Origin: Selaginella moellendorffii
Lineage: Eukaryota > Plantae > Lycopodiophyta
Reading direction: 5' to 3'
DNA: 64,000 nucleotides
Assembly (NCBI RefSeq): GCF_000143415.4
Contig: NW_003314322.1
Coordinates: 207,691 to 271,690, forward strand
In this document: in pieces, positions 1-12,904 of the stretch
How positions within the stretch are numbered: the stretch's first letter is position 1
Layout: each line of letters begins with the position of its first letter
Notes under the pieces: generated by a model
What the model saw: only the letters and a program-made list of their open reading frames with translations
What the model was told of the DNA's origin: nothing
Database searches by the model: none
Translations under genes and position numbers: made by a program

Positions 1-190
1 GACTGTCTGGAGAAGAATTGAAGACACCATTGCTGCCTACGACTGAGTCCCTGGAGTGGAGAAGCTGGTGATGAATGCCAAGATGGACCTTGCCTTGCAG
101 CTTATACAGCATGAGAAGCCTGAGAGCTTGCTACATTACTACAAGGCCATGGAGCTGTTCACAAAGTTTGATTTGTTTCTCACATGTCCG
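1..190 (+). pseudogene. Captured TPR-like fragment (possibly kinesin light chain-related); copy at about 42810-43020
   Basis: EKLVMNAKMDLALQLIQHEKPESLLHYYKAMEL has a TPR-like helical pattern; weak family assignment. Confidence 0.3.
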
Positions 191-643
191 AGAAGATTTG
201 GCCCCCCGTCAATCACAACATGGTCAGATGCTACCAGCATTTTGGACAAATATTCACAGGTTATACTTCCCACCAAAGGATCAACTACATGGAAATAAGT
301 TCAAAAAAAACAAAGAGAAAACTCACAAGGATCTGGCTCACCAAGCAATGCACAAATTGAAACAAAACTTTGGAAATTGTAAGAGCTGGACTTTAATTCT
401 CCTTGAGAGTTTTCAAGAAGATCTGTCCACTAGGATGAATGTTGCAATGATAGATTCACGTTTTAAACACCACCTACATTTTCCAACGAGAGATAAAATC
501 TTTGAATTCTTCCTCCTTTCCACATTATCTTGAGAGGCTTTAATGAATAATCACTGGGGATGCTAATGTTGACCTTATAAAGGGATCCTATGAGATCAAG
601 AAGAATTTCTTCAAAAGTTGAGAATTGAGCTAAGAAGTCTATC

Positions 644-772
644 TGATGGACTGACGATTGTGGAGACCCACTCATAGAAATTATTGGCCTTTGGACTGGC
701 AAAGCAATTCTCTAGTGGATCTTTGTGAGCTTCTTCTGGTTCTGCTTTGCCCCACTGTGCCAAACCACTCAT
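644..772 (-). pseudogene. Captured ubiquitin-conjugating enzyme E2 N-terminal fragment
   Basis: Minus-strand translation MSGLAQWGKAEPEEAHKDPLENCFASPKANNFYEWVSTIVSPS resembles the E2 motif [25 protein letters not shown]. Confidence 0.55.
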
Positions 773-939
773 AACCTTTTGGAGTAGATTGTAAATCAGC
801 TGTTTACAAACATTTTTAATTCATTAATTATTTTATTAATATTATTATTGAATTAATAATGAATGAATTAAATAATTATAATTAAATATTAAATTAGCTG
901 ATTCTGCTAATTTACAATCTTTTCTTTCTATCCACTCTG

Positions 940-1430
940 ATACACATGCTGCAATGTGAACAATACTCAGCCAAGGACATTCAACCATTCCCCACTTGGA
1001 GCATGTCGGGATCTAAAAGAGAGAAGCTTGAGAAATTTATGCAAAGCCAACCATTGATCTCACTGTTCCAGCCTTCGGGATCCCACAAATTGTTGGCATC
1101 CACTAGCAACTCTATACTACAAGCAAAACTGGTCATAGAAGGGAAAAGAAGAAGAGCTAGGAGAACTTTACCATGGCTATCTGTCTTTAGTGATGTCTGT
1201 CAGCTATTCACATACTTCCCAGCCCATATGGTTGGATGATCTGCTTCCCTATGCACAGAAACATGAGCTCTTATATCGCAAGAGATAGCAAGAAAAAAGC
1301 ATTTAATTACCATTCACACATTGCATAGAAGATAGGATGTTTGCCTTTGTTGAGAGCCTCACTCACTGGGTTTTGAGGTGGTGTTGCTCCATTTCTGAGA
1401 TGCAAACATTGTTTGCATACTGAGCATGAG
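940..1430 (-). pseudogene. Captured alpha-galactosidase (GH27) fragment with introns
   Basis: Minus strand DANNLWDPEGWN / DPDMLQVGNG*MSLAEYCSH matches GH27 [23 protein letters not shown]; upstream exon EADHPTIWAGKY resembles EDPATWA. Confidence 0.75.
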
Positions 1431-3173
1431 AAGGCTGATTTTTCTTGTGAAATCAATTTTCATACTTGAGATAGTCAGTTCCCTATATGAGAAGAAATAA
1501 CTCAATTGACAAAATTAGCATGTTTACTGTACTTGTGTCTTGAAACTCGTGGCTCTTTGAAGCCACTCAATGGCATTTACAAGTCATTCTCCTGGAAAAC
1601 ATCTACAAATGATAAGTTGTTCATTGGAAAAAAGAACTCTCTACCTTCCAGTAAATTTGACCAGATCATTACCTGTACTTTTGAGATCCACATTGAGACC
1701 TTTCAGCTTTCCTATCACTACCGCATCCTTGATCTCTGTATAGACAAAAAAATGTTTTCTATTCTACATCTTCTTCCACAATTGTACAACTGACCTCTTC
1801 CAGAATTGGCTATATATATAGATATAACATTATAATTTGGCCCCCCTGGGAGATTTGGCCCCCCGTCGATCACAACATGGTCAGAAACTACCAGCATTTT
1901 GGACAAATATTCACAGGTTATACTTCCCACCAAAGGATCAACTACAAGAAAATAAGTTCAAGAAAAACAAAGAGCAAAGTCACAAGGATCTGGCTCACCC
2001 AGCAATGCACAAATCAAAACAAAACTTTGGAAATTGTAAGAGCTGGACTTTAATTCTCCTTGAGAGTTTTCAAGAAGATCTGTCCACTAGGATGAATGTT
2101 GCAGTGATAGATTCATGTTTTAAACACCAGCTACATTTTCCAACAAGAGATAAGATCTTTGAATTCTTCCTCCTTTCCACATTATCTTGAGAGGCTTTAA
2201 TGGATAATTGCTGGGGAGGCTAATGTTGACCTTAGAAAGGGATCCTATGAGATCACGAAGAATTTCTTCAAAATTGAGAATTGAGCTAAGAAATTTCCAT
2301 ACATGCAAGTAANNNNNNNNNNNNNNNNNNNNNNNNNNNNNNNNNNNNNNNNNNNNNNNNNNNNNNNNNNNNNNNNNNNNNNNNNNNNNNNNNNNNNNNN
2401 NNNNNNNNNNNNAAAAAAAGGGGGTATTCGGGAGGGGTCGAAGACGGCACGCACGTTGATGGGCCAAACAGCTCCATAACACTTCTTGATTCCCCAGATA
2501 AATCCCTGCATCACAACCCAGTGATCATACAAAGATAGAAGATGGCCAATTGTATATGGCTTTAGAGTTGGTAGCATAGCTCAAGGCTGGATGGTTGCTG
2601 GTGAATTCTTGCAGACTTTCACCTAGCATGCTAGGTAACTGTTATGCAGCAAGGAAAGAACATTCAGAAACTTACTTCGCGAGGAGTCAAATAATCCGGA
2701 ACACCTTCTGCTCGAAGTTCCTCAAGGATCTGAAGAAAGAAACATTTAGACCATGAAAGAATACAAGATATTCCTTACTGACCCTGCCATCTTGCAAGTT
2801 ATACATAAAAGATTTTGATTAGAATCCTTTCTATAATTTTAAATTTGTATAATAACTTCCTATACAGTGATAATAATTGCAACAATATGGGATATAAGAG
2901 ACCATCTGCTTATATTACTTTTGTTACCAATAAAAGAAAGGGTATATACAAAGACAATGTTCCATTGTCATCAAAAGTATTTGTGGATATTGATGATCTC
3001 CAAGGTATAACTATCAATCTCTACACTAAAATGACATTATGAATTCAGACAAACAATTTGAAAAATATACATCATCACTACTGGATGATGAAAACAAACA
3101 ACTAATTCTTTAGGATTCATGTCACCTGTAACAGATGTCCTATCTATTCCAGCGGAGCTGGATTCCTTGCTAG

Positions 3174-3420
3174 TAATATTCTAAATATAGAATAAAAGAT
3201 GCCAGATGCCAGATGCCAATAGCACTTTTAAATAAAGGACCCTAGCTCCCTTGTGCTGGAAGATATAACATACCCAAGATAAATAGATCTTCTTTTCTAA
3301 TTTTAGAATTTTAGAAATTTTTATTGTATACAATGTTAAATTTATCTCAACTTTGCTACTATTCATCTCCAGAGTAATACTTTGCTCTAATAATGCAATT
3401 AGATAATAATGCATGTGTTG
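3174..3420 (-). mobile_element. Minus-strand Helitron 3'-end/5'-end junction (decayed), interrupted by the element ending at 3173
   Basis: Reverse complement reads type-B subterminal sequence, then ccagcacaagggagctagggtc (damaged hairpin), then ctttatttaaaagtgctattggcatc...ttagaatatta (5' module). Confidence 0.7.
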
Positions 3421-5659
3421 GGGAAGATAAAATCATTTTCTTATCATCATGAAATTTAAATTTGAGTTTGTTTTTGTTGCCTTTTCAAAAAGGTGCACAA
3501 CCCTAAACACATTCACAAGATTTCTGTCAACCTTTAAAAAGAATTGAGTTTTCACAAAATCAAAGAATTATACCAAAGAATAATAGGTTTTATAACTGGT
3601 TTGGTGAAGTTATAAATTTAATTGTGTACTGAGTTAACTTCTTTAGTACCTGAATTGTAATGATGCCTTTAAAATTCATAATTTACTAAAGAATAATAGA
3701 ATTTCTATTATGTATAATGTTTTGCATTTAAAAACATACATAAGCAAATTTATCCAGATTTCTACCAATACCAATGGCAATAGAAAATAGTTCTAGACAT
3801 ATTGAGAAATTATAAATTGACCAAATCTAAGAAATGTAGAATAGCTACTTGCAACATAAGAAGATAATGTGATTTTTCTATAAAAGTTTTAATTATGCAA
3901 TACTCTGAAAGAAATATTCAAACGAGATGTATTTCAAAAGAGTAAGAACATCTTTATATTTTATTTTTTGCTTCAAATACCAAATCCATTATCTCGTTCT
4001 GAACTAATAACCTTCTACAAGCCTAATATGAAATTATTATATTTTAATATTCAAATTCACTACTTGAGCTCTGCATTATTATTAAACTCACTAAGTAAGT
4101 TTATACAAATTGCTACCATATTTATATTAAACCTCACGGAAATAGAGAATGGTTCTTGGTATCTAATAAGTATAAACTATCTCATATACATACAAATATG
4201 AAATCCATTTCATAGCGATATCTCAAAAAATATCTACCTCTTATATATTTTCTATTAAAAATTTTAAATTAAATTAATATAAACAATTAAAAAAACATAT
4301 ATACAACAAGACATATATTTAATTATTTTATTAAATTTTTTGATGATATTATATTAAAGAAAAAAATATGAATAGTTCTGTGTAACTTATCATTTTTTAT
4401 TTAAGTTTTATATTTTTGAATATAAAGATATTTTAAGTAGGTAAACATTTTAGCCCATACAGAAAGACCACTCAAAAGTACTTTCTGATTGTTATAAAGT
4501 TAATCATATATGTTGACATAATAAGTGAATGATGTTTAGCTTCTATACTAAAAGAGTAATATACATGGCATGATTTATTTTATCATTCATCTTGAAGTTA
4601 AAATATCAATAGATTAGTAAATTTTATAGATATAGATGCAATTTTGAAAAATTGAAGCTTATCTAAATATATTTTTAAACATAATAAGAATTTATATCAA
4701 TCTACTTTAAAACATTTACAGTTTATTTAGTGAACTTATTATTTTTAATAGTTAATTCAGATAATATTCATCAGATTATATGAAATCTTCATACCATTAT
4801 TACACTTTTCTCAAACACTTTTTCCACTATCTACATAAATATAAAATATTAAAACTATTTTCAAAAAAATATATAAAAGCAATATATTTTAGCTGCGATT
4901 GATATTAGTTGTAAAATGAATGTTGTAGAAAATGCTAATCTGAAAATACACTTTGAAATCATAGCAACATTTTTATTTAATTTAGAGTTATCTTTATTAT
5001 TTATGTTTATTAGTAAATTCCTTAGCATTTTTTATATAATTTAATATAACTATTTCATTTTATTATTATGTATTATATTTGAATTTATCCTATAATGCTA
5101 CAATTCTGATATAATGCTACAATAATATTATAATTTATAATGAAATTTTCGTTTTCTCTAGATTAAAGTTTTATTTTTTTTATCATATATTTTAAATTTT
5201 ATTAAACTTCAATTTTAATTATGAACTATAATTGCTATAAATTGGCTATAAACTAATGTTGCAGCAATTTTCCATATATTTTTATTATTGTGAATATTCA
5301 AGTGAAATGACTGTAAAATGATGATTAACATACATTACTCCCTCTTTCTATTTTATTCTAAAACCTTAGCGATGTACTCATCAAGAAAGCTTAACATGAT
5401 TAATGGAATCACAAGTCCTCAATCATCAACCATTTTGGAGGTTCTGGTAAATATACAGGTGGTGGAATACAACCCAGCGTTCCCACTTTTTGTGTACTTT
5501 TTAAATCATAAAGTATTTGAATTCAGGCTTTTACAGCTAACAAGAGCAAAGAGAAGCAGCAGGATCCTAAGCAATGAGCAGGAAAATCTATGTGTTTGGT
5601 AATGGGTCTGTATGGAGGCTTTTTAGAAGCATGCCTCAGCATAACCAATTGTTGTTGAG

Positions 5660-5730
5660 GCCCAAAAGCTAGTTCACTTGGAAGAATGTTGAGTTCTCTT
5701 CAATTCCATGCCAGGGCATGACTGTTGTCT
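5660..5730 (+). pseudogene. PLS-class PPR motif fragment
   Basis: HLEEC*VLFNSMPGHD resembles the PLS-PPR consensus GHLEEARxLFDSMPxRD. Confidence 0.5.
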
Positions 5731-5799
5731 GAATAATCACCATTTAAAACAGAATATTTATTAAGTAAATACTCTGAAAAGCCTAAAGAAATATCCCTG

Positions 5800-7135
5800 T
5801 CTGGCCATGAAATATTTCATCAAGTTCAAAGCAGTAACATTGTAGTGACTCACGTGCTAGAGACTCCTGTTAGGGAGCTGAATATCACATCACCAAGAAT
5901 AAGAGAATACTTTTCAACTTCTTGTAATACAAAAGTGCAGTCGAATTTACCACCATGGCCAGCAACATCAATCAAAACACTAAAGAAAATCTGCACAATG
6001 AAAATCAAGTAAACACACAAAATGAAATTAGATCGCAAATCATTACCTCATCTGGTTTCACATGTTCTTCCTTCATGTCATTGTAGATGGAAAATGACTG
6101 CTGCATGCATGAACAGCTGCTGTATAAGGCTCCGGGGATCCTCGGATTCCACGCTTGTGCATCATGGTGTAAACTACGGAGTTTCCCTGAAAAATTTAGC
6201 TGTCACAACAAAGCCACAGAAATCATAAAAACCACTTACATCTCCTGCTTTTGAGCATGCGTCTATGAGCAAACACATTATGGCATGATTTGGATCTATA
6301 AGACTTTCAGACTTCAACTCTGTGAAGACCTCGAATGCTCTTTTCACTGCTCCTGACCGAAGCTTTGATTAGCTACTTGAAAATGATTCAATCGGATTTT
6401 ATTTTCTGTCTGACAATGGATTACATAAAGTTGCTGCTAATTGTTGAATCAAATGGCATAAACCTTTGAGAGCATGATCCTGTAAATTCCAAAAGCAATA
6501 GCGAGTTCGCCAGTTCGGGTGCAGCCATCGATGATTGCTCCATATGTAAGAAAGCTGGCTTCAACACCAACACTTTCCATTTCACGGTAAACCTGCACTA
6601 TAACCGAGTTACTCCAATGAAGGACAGGACCAAAATTTCTTGCTTGAAAGAGAAGATCCATCTTCAGAGCTGTTGAACAATGTTGAGATTAGTGTAGTAC
6701 AAATCATGCAGTCTGGCTTACAACCAGCTTGTTTCAGCGCCTAAAAAGCTCCAAAACCCCTACACTTGGCATCCCATGTCATGTCAAAACAACTACTTCA
6801 AAGCCTTAAAAAAATGCTTAATACCATTCACGTTGCAGCAAACTGAAAGAAGCATATTATATCAACAGTCCCTTTGCATAATCAAGCTATGTACTCGACA
6901 TAAACCATGGAGCCTATAGGTGGCCTGTCACAAGTCATCTCTTCTCCTCCAGTAATCCTGCTAAGCAATAAGCAACAAGTAAGCAATGCAAAGCTTACAC
7001 CATATCATTCACTGTTAACTTTCACAAAGGCTGGCTTAAATTCCATGCTTGGCAGACTCTGAATCACGTAAATATGTGGTAGTTATTCTCTCTGTCCCAG
7101 TAGAGAATTTTCCTCCTCTTTAGTGCTACTGATAT
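5800..7135 (-). pseudogene. MRL1: Captured multi-exon fragment of MRL1-like chloroplast P-type PPR gene
   Basis: VYREMESVGVEASFLTYGAIIDGCTRTGELAIAFGIYRIMLSK; MMHKRGIRGSPEPYTAAVHACS; IFFSVLIDVAGHGGK; GT-AG introns; frameshifted. Confidence 0.8.
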
Positions 7136-7527
7136 CAGATATAAAATCAGGTGTGTGTGTGAGAGAGAGAGAATTTACAGTGGATTGCCACTTCACTCTT
7201 TTGTTTTTTATTTTTTCTCATCTAGAACATTTTACTCTTCCCTCACTGCACCAAAAAGGCTTGCAATTTTCAAAAGCAGCGTGTGAAGGTACAGTTGAAT
7301 ACCCATTCTTTGTGTGGGTGGCAGCAATGTGATAATGTGCGTAGGCATCTCCCCCAGAGAGGAGTGCCTCCACCCACTAGGTCCTGGTGGTTCCACAGCG
7401 CCCTGCAGGGAAGACCTCCCTCATTACACACACACACGAATTTTTTTTTTAACCTTGTAAACAATCAAAATGTCTAACTTTGTCAAATTAGAAACGAAGA
7501 TCTATTTATCTTGGGTATACTATATCT

Positions 7528-7553
7528 CCCAGCGGAGCTGGGGTCTTTGCTAT
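7528..7553 (+). mobile_element. Helitron 3' end, type B, with CTAT instead of CTAG
   Basis: CCCAGC-GGA-GCTGGG-gtctttg-CTAT; the preceding 60 bp match 15972-16032. Confidence 0.8.
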
Positions 7554-9174
7554 AATAGTACTACACAATAGGAATAAAGCAGGTAGGTAGAGAACAAAAA
7601 CAAGTGCCCACACCTGGACATATTCTATAGCAAGGAAAAAAGCTATTTTGATTCACTAAGATCAAGGTACAGTTCAGTATAGTACTTTTTTCTTTTATAA
7701 GTACAGAATTTTTTAAACTCTTACAGATTCGAAAATTCATGGCCTCTATTGTGGCAAGAAACTGTGCTGTTGGGATCCAAGGCAGTCCTCCTACAAACAC
7801 CAGATAAAGTAATAATATCACAAATTATAAATACTAACCTGTAGCCAGCAACTTTAGTCACTACTTTATTTACTTTTAACTTTATAGTATATCTCTTATT
7901 GTGTGTACTATATACCATCTTTGTAAAACAGAATCATCAAACTCTTTATTTAAAGTTGCTATTTTGGCATCGGCGTCACATATTCCATTTTTCGAATATC
8001 CATTTTTACTTATGGCAGATGCTCTCAATTCAACGATCCAGATTTGTGACACTCCAAAGCAATGGTGCGGATTGTTACATGGTGGCAAAGAGCTTGGTTT
8101 TAGGTTTAAGAAACAGTTAATATGGCTGTCCGTATCTGGAGCATATTGGATGCTAAAATTTTATTGTGGGAGAAGAAGCGCATCGGATGAGAAGTAGAAC
8201 TTTCCCGTCCCATATACTGTACATCCAAGACCTCAAGAAGAAGGTGACATCAGAGGTGATTTTTGTTTCAGAATTTCTGGACGATACAGGTATTGCTCAG
8301 AAGAAAAAACAAATTTACTGCTTCTCTAGGTACTCTAACATTCAAGCGAATCCAGGGTGCCTTGCAGCATTTTTCCAGTCCAGTGAAGCTGATCAATGGC
8401 ATCGCAACAAAATCCAGTGAGTTTTGTTTTAGAAAAAAAAATGACTACCATCTTTGGATATGCCTGTACAGCTTGCTTTGTGTAGCTCTAGGAGATGTAG
8501 TCGAGGTTCTGGTTGGAATAGGTGGAGAGGCAAGAGCTCAGGCTGGGAAGCAACATCCTTGGAAGCTCTCCAAACAGGATCCGATTGATGCACATGTCTG
8601 CCTGGGTGGAGGTGCGCTCTCTGTTCCTCATTACCAGAGCTCACTGCCACAGATTCTGGAGAGTGCAAGAGACTGTTGGACTTCCAGGGAGTAGTTAGTG
8701 GAAAAGGTAGCTGACCTGTTTCATCACTTTGTTTCATTTCTGTGCTGCTGCAGAGTGACAACTTGCACACCAAGATAGAGGAGGATGAGAAAGAGAAGCT
8801 GTAGAAAAAGCAAGCCCACATCCCATCTCTGTGGCCATGTGTCTGAATCCATCTGTGCTGCAGGGAAGAGGAACGTCAGCTCCAGAAGAAGAAAAAGAGA
8901 TGAGCAAAAGGCCCTTCCTGTCTGTCATTTTTGGACGAGGTTGACAGTGACACTGATGAAAGGGAAATGACAGCGATGAAGGCGAAATTGACAGCGCTGG
9001 TATGGTTTGGCAGCTTCAATCAAATCCAGTAAAAGATGAGAGGTGGCAGATGAACAGAAAAATAAAAAAACTGGGCAAGTTTGGGATCTCACCAGTATGG
9101 GGAAGACTGGGTAATGCTTTGCGTGTTTGTGTTTTTTCCAACCATGCTGTTCGTGATTCCAGTGGAAGTTCTCG

Positions 9175-10965
9175 AAGGCCAACTTAATCTTTTGAGAGTC
9201 GAGCTAGGAGAAGTTCACTCACAAAGCTCTTGGGAGGAAAGAGGTGGATCAGATGCCATGGTAAACACGTAAACCTCCTATTTTCTTTCATTTTTTCCTT
9301 CAGGAATTCCATCTCTTGTTGCCAAGCCGCTGGGGTGTAGGGAATTAAAATGCCTGATTTGGTAAATTCATGAAGCCTTGTTCCGCTTTTCCTGACGAAC
9401 ACTGTAGGTACTCCAAAGGCCTCAGCTACGATTCTATACTGGACTGGGACAGCAACGCTGCTTCTTGATCTTCCTCACATTCGTTATTATTCTTCTCAGA
9501 ACTAGGTAGCCACAATTTTCACTAAAATCTAAAACAAGCACTGACTAAAGTCACGCAGATCCGAGTTCATTAAAAATCCTGGACCGCATAAGGTGCTGGT
9601 ATAGTAGCATAAAAAAAGTTTTTATGATGCTAATCAAAATCTCTCTCTTTTGCACTTCTTTTTAGGTGAAATTTATTCTTTTTTCTGACACAGAAGAGCG
9701 TGCATTTCCATTCAGAAGAGAAGCGGCCAAGAAGGACTCTGAGTTGATGTCTTTCGGATGTGTTTTGTGGAGGCAAGAGGAAGCTTCAATTTTGAAAAGC
9801 CGGTAGTTTTAGTGATAATCACGTGAATTGATTCATGCTTTTGCGTGTGGAGCAGGTTTGGATTAGAGTTGGCACCGGCAGTAGTTTTCATCAAAGATCC
9901 AGGTGTCCAGCCCATAACTGTTTATGGTAAAAATCTTCTTTTCGGCAGCTTTGAGATAATTTCTTTCACTTTGCGGGTAAATTGCAGGTAAATTGCGTGA
10001 CTCCTTCATGGAAACTGTGGAAGAACATAAAGTTCATGGTAAGTAGTATGTAGGCTCTTCCTCCTTTTGCTATCTTTTGAATTGCAATTTGATGTGCGTG
10101 CTTTTATTTCTTCCTCAGCTGCAAAGCATCACGGCTTCCAAACTTGGATGTGATCCCGCGGACTTCTCTGCAGCTGGAAAAGATGTAGAAACATGGTACT
10201 GCATTGTGGTTGCTGGAAGGCCTGGTTTTCAGCTTGATCAACTCTGCAGTGTAAGATTTTCTTTCTTGTTGTTTCTAGCTGACGAGTTTCTCATTTTAGA
10301 CGATGAGAATTGTGCAAGATGAGCTCATGTAAGTGAGGACATTGATAGCCAAAATTTTGCTGCTGCCACTGCATACAAAGACAAGCATTTGAGCCTATCA
10401 TGGCTTGACGGCGAAATGTAAAAGGTGGATACTTATATAGCTCGCTGGTTAATTAATCCTTGTTTTTGTGCAGAAATTTTGCTATTACTGCCTCCCTTCT
10501 GAACCCGTCCATGAGACTTGCAGGCCGTACCAAGTGCAAGACGTGGCAAGAATTTTGATGATACGTTTTAGAAGAGATCCAACATCAAAAGCCGGTGGTG
10601 AAGAGAATCAATACCTGGTGGCGTTTGAATTATGAGGAGCCAGATTTAGCATCAATGCTTATTGCTCCATACAGTGATGCAAATGAAATCTCAGAGGTTG
10701 GTTGGTTGGTTTCATTTAGACTTTTTTCTCTTTTCTTTGTTATACCAAAGAGTTTTTCTGCAGGTTTTATCGTGAATTTCTAATAGTGTTCATGATGGCG
10801 ACACAAATGAAATTCCATTCTTTGTAAGTGTTGTGGTGTTTTGAAAGTTTGGAGAACTCTTGACTGTGGGATTTTGTTAGAATACTAAGTCGATGCCTGC
10901 GTTAATACCCGAGGAGCAAGCAGTCTTGATGCTCTCTTCAACACGGAATGCTGTGAGGGAATGAG
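9175..10965 (+). pseudogene. Captured multi-exon fragment of DnaJ/thioredoxin-like protein (plant DNAJC16 / At1g18700 type)
   Basis: Exons GIPSLVAKPLGCRELKCL, LELAPAVVFIKDPGVQP, LSLSWLDGEM, CYYCL, LIAPYSDANEISE with short GT-AG introns; stops and frameshifts. Confidence 0.7.
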
Positions 10966-11714
10966 GAGATTTATAAATAAAAGTTTGTTTAGAAATTACA
11001 GATTGTGCATGTTATTAGCTTCTATGCACTATTTGGCAGAACAAAAAGGGAACACTACATTTAATAGAGTATGCATGACTGTAAGCTTTTAATTTTGTTG
11101 ATGTTTCTTGTAAAAAAAATTATAAATTGAGCTAAAGGACAAAAGAAAATGTAATTCAAAATAAAGATATTACATAAACAATAAAAAATTAAAAAAATAT
11201 TTTAGAAGAAACTAAATTTTCTTTTCAGGATAAGAGCTTCAAATAGACTTGTTACATAGTTAGAGAAATTTTTCTTAGAGTTCATATTAACTTTCTTTCT
11301 AAGCATTATTGGTTGTACAAAACTTTTGGTTCCATACTAGAGGGATGGCTGGCTGGATCCCTCCTGGGTTGAGAGGGAACAAGGCCCCATAGTACTAGCA
11401 ATCACAACTTGAACAGATGTGTAGGAAGCTGGTATATCTATCACATGTAGCCATAAAGATTCGAAAACTACAACAACTTTTGCTTGAAGCACTTGAAAAG
11501 AATGTGGTAGACAGCAACAAACCTGTACAACGTCGTGAACAGCCGGATGTCTGCCGGAGTGAGCGAGTTGCCACACAAAAATCTCAAGCACTGAAGGTGT
11601 TTCTCAACAGTTTCGAGTTGTTCCCTGTATTATAGAATTAAAAATGAACAATTTTAGAATGGATTAGCAATGGGTTTAAAGAAGATAGCAGAAAAAGAGA
11701 TGCTAAGAGATAGC

Positions 11715-12460
11715 GAGCTCTTGATAAAGAAGAGATTGAGCTTGCAATCTTGATAAGCAGGATTGAACCACTTACACAGATATCCCAAGAAAACAAAAGT
11801 CGTGATGTAGCACACTAAGGACACAGCAAGCAAGGCATTATACCTGTGAAGTGTGCATCTTGTTCTATGTATAAAAGGTAAAGAAACGAGGAAGAACATT
11901 ACCAGAACTGACTCTCTTTGGCAATCCATGCAGCATTCCAGTTGTATGTTGAGAGTCTTCCTGCCAGAAGAACAAAGAAACTATGGTTATAAATCCAAGA
12001 GAAAAGCACTAGATTTACTGTCAGCATCCACAATGTCATTGGGAAGAAGGATGAGGCAAAGCACAGTGAGACCAGACCAGACGATAAGAGCTTGATCATT
12101 CAGTTGCCACGATGCCAAGAGTCCCTGTGATTGCTTTGGTACTTCCCAAAGCTCTCATGTGTAGAACAGCTTGTGTGCCAAACAAATCCTTGCCAGGCGA
12201 GTAAGGGAAGTGATTAATCCCTGGAAGCGAAAAAAAAGTAGGTGTTGTTGCAAATCACAAGAACTTACACGGGATTTTCTCACGTGAGGTCATGCAGCAT
12301 CCATGCGAGCAGCAAGGAGAGTGCGAAGAGGCTGCAATACCCGATTCTTGCCAATCGGCAAGAGATGCTGCTCACTAATCCCTCACAAGCCTGGCAAGCG
12401 TAAGCTGTGCAGCTGGACGCTAGACAAAATGTCGCCCACATCATCAGATGCTCGCTGGAT
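11715..12460 (-). pseudogene. Captured Serinc/TMS membrane protein fragment
   Basis: WNAAWIAKESQFW and YNALLAVSLVCYITTFVFLGYLCKWFNPAYQDCKLNLFFI match plant Serinc. Confidence 0.8.
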
Positions 12461-12904
12461 CAAGAAGCAAAACCTTAGAATTTGATTACATTGTCCCTCG
12501 CTTTAGATTTTTTTTTATAACACTAATGCCATGTTGTTCTGTTGTAGATTTTCTATCGTTACAGAACTGAAAGGCAGAGAGTTTATGGTTGCAGTATTCT
12601 TGCAGTGATCTGGGTGGGATAAAATCCTAAATTTTGTGTTGTATAGCTGTTTTACAGTTTTGGAGCCTATTGAAATATCCAGTGTTTGCTCGAAATTTCC
12701 CAGCGAGGAGCGCACTGGCAATGCAGCAGCTTTGTGCACTGGCGCTCTCAAGTTATCGTCACTGCAGCCACTGATATGAACGTGACTGGCCGCTCAATCG
12801 ATCAGATGCCATATCTGAGCGCCAATGCCATACCATTTTAAGGTTTCTATTTCCTCCAAGTTGTCCAGATAGCCAGCTGAGTAAATCCCAGGCTGTTCAC
12901 TGGG

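Larger units (their letters stand above)
1..3173 (+). mobile_element. Non-autonomous gene-capturing Helitron, 3' part (type-A 3' end); starts before the window
   Basis: Ends in hairpin TCCAGC-GGA-GCTGGA (3148-3162) then CTAG (3170-3173) followed by T. 1-200 matches 42840-43046 and 2490-3173 matches about 43312-44000. Contains N-gap 2313-2412. Confidence 0.85.

Noticed and set aside
8160-8900. Exon-like cargo (also 1530-1810, 11330-11600, 19320-19700, 22090-22570, 32200-32520, 57560-57900)
   Set aside because: Coding-like with splice signals, but no family could be recognised confidently; left unassigned.
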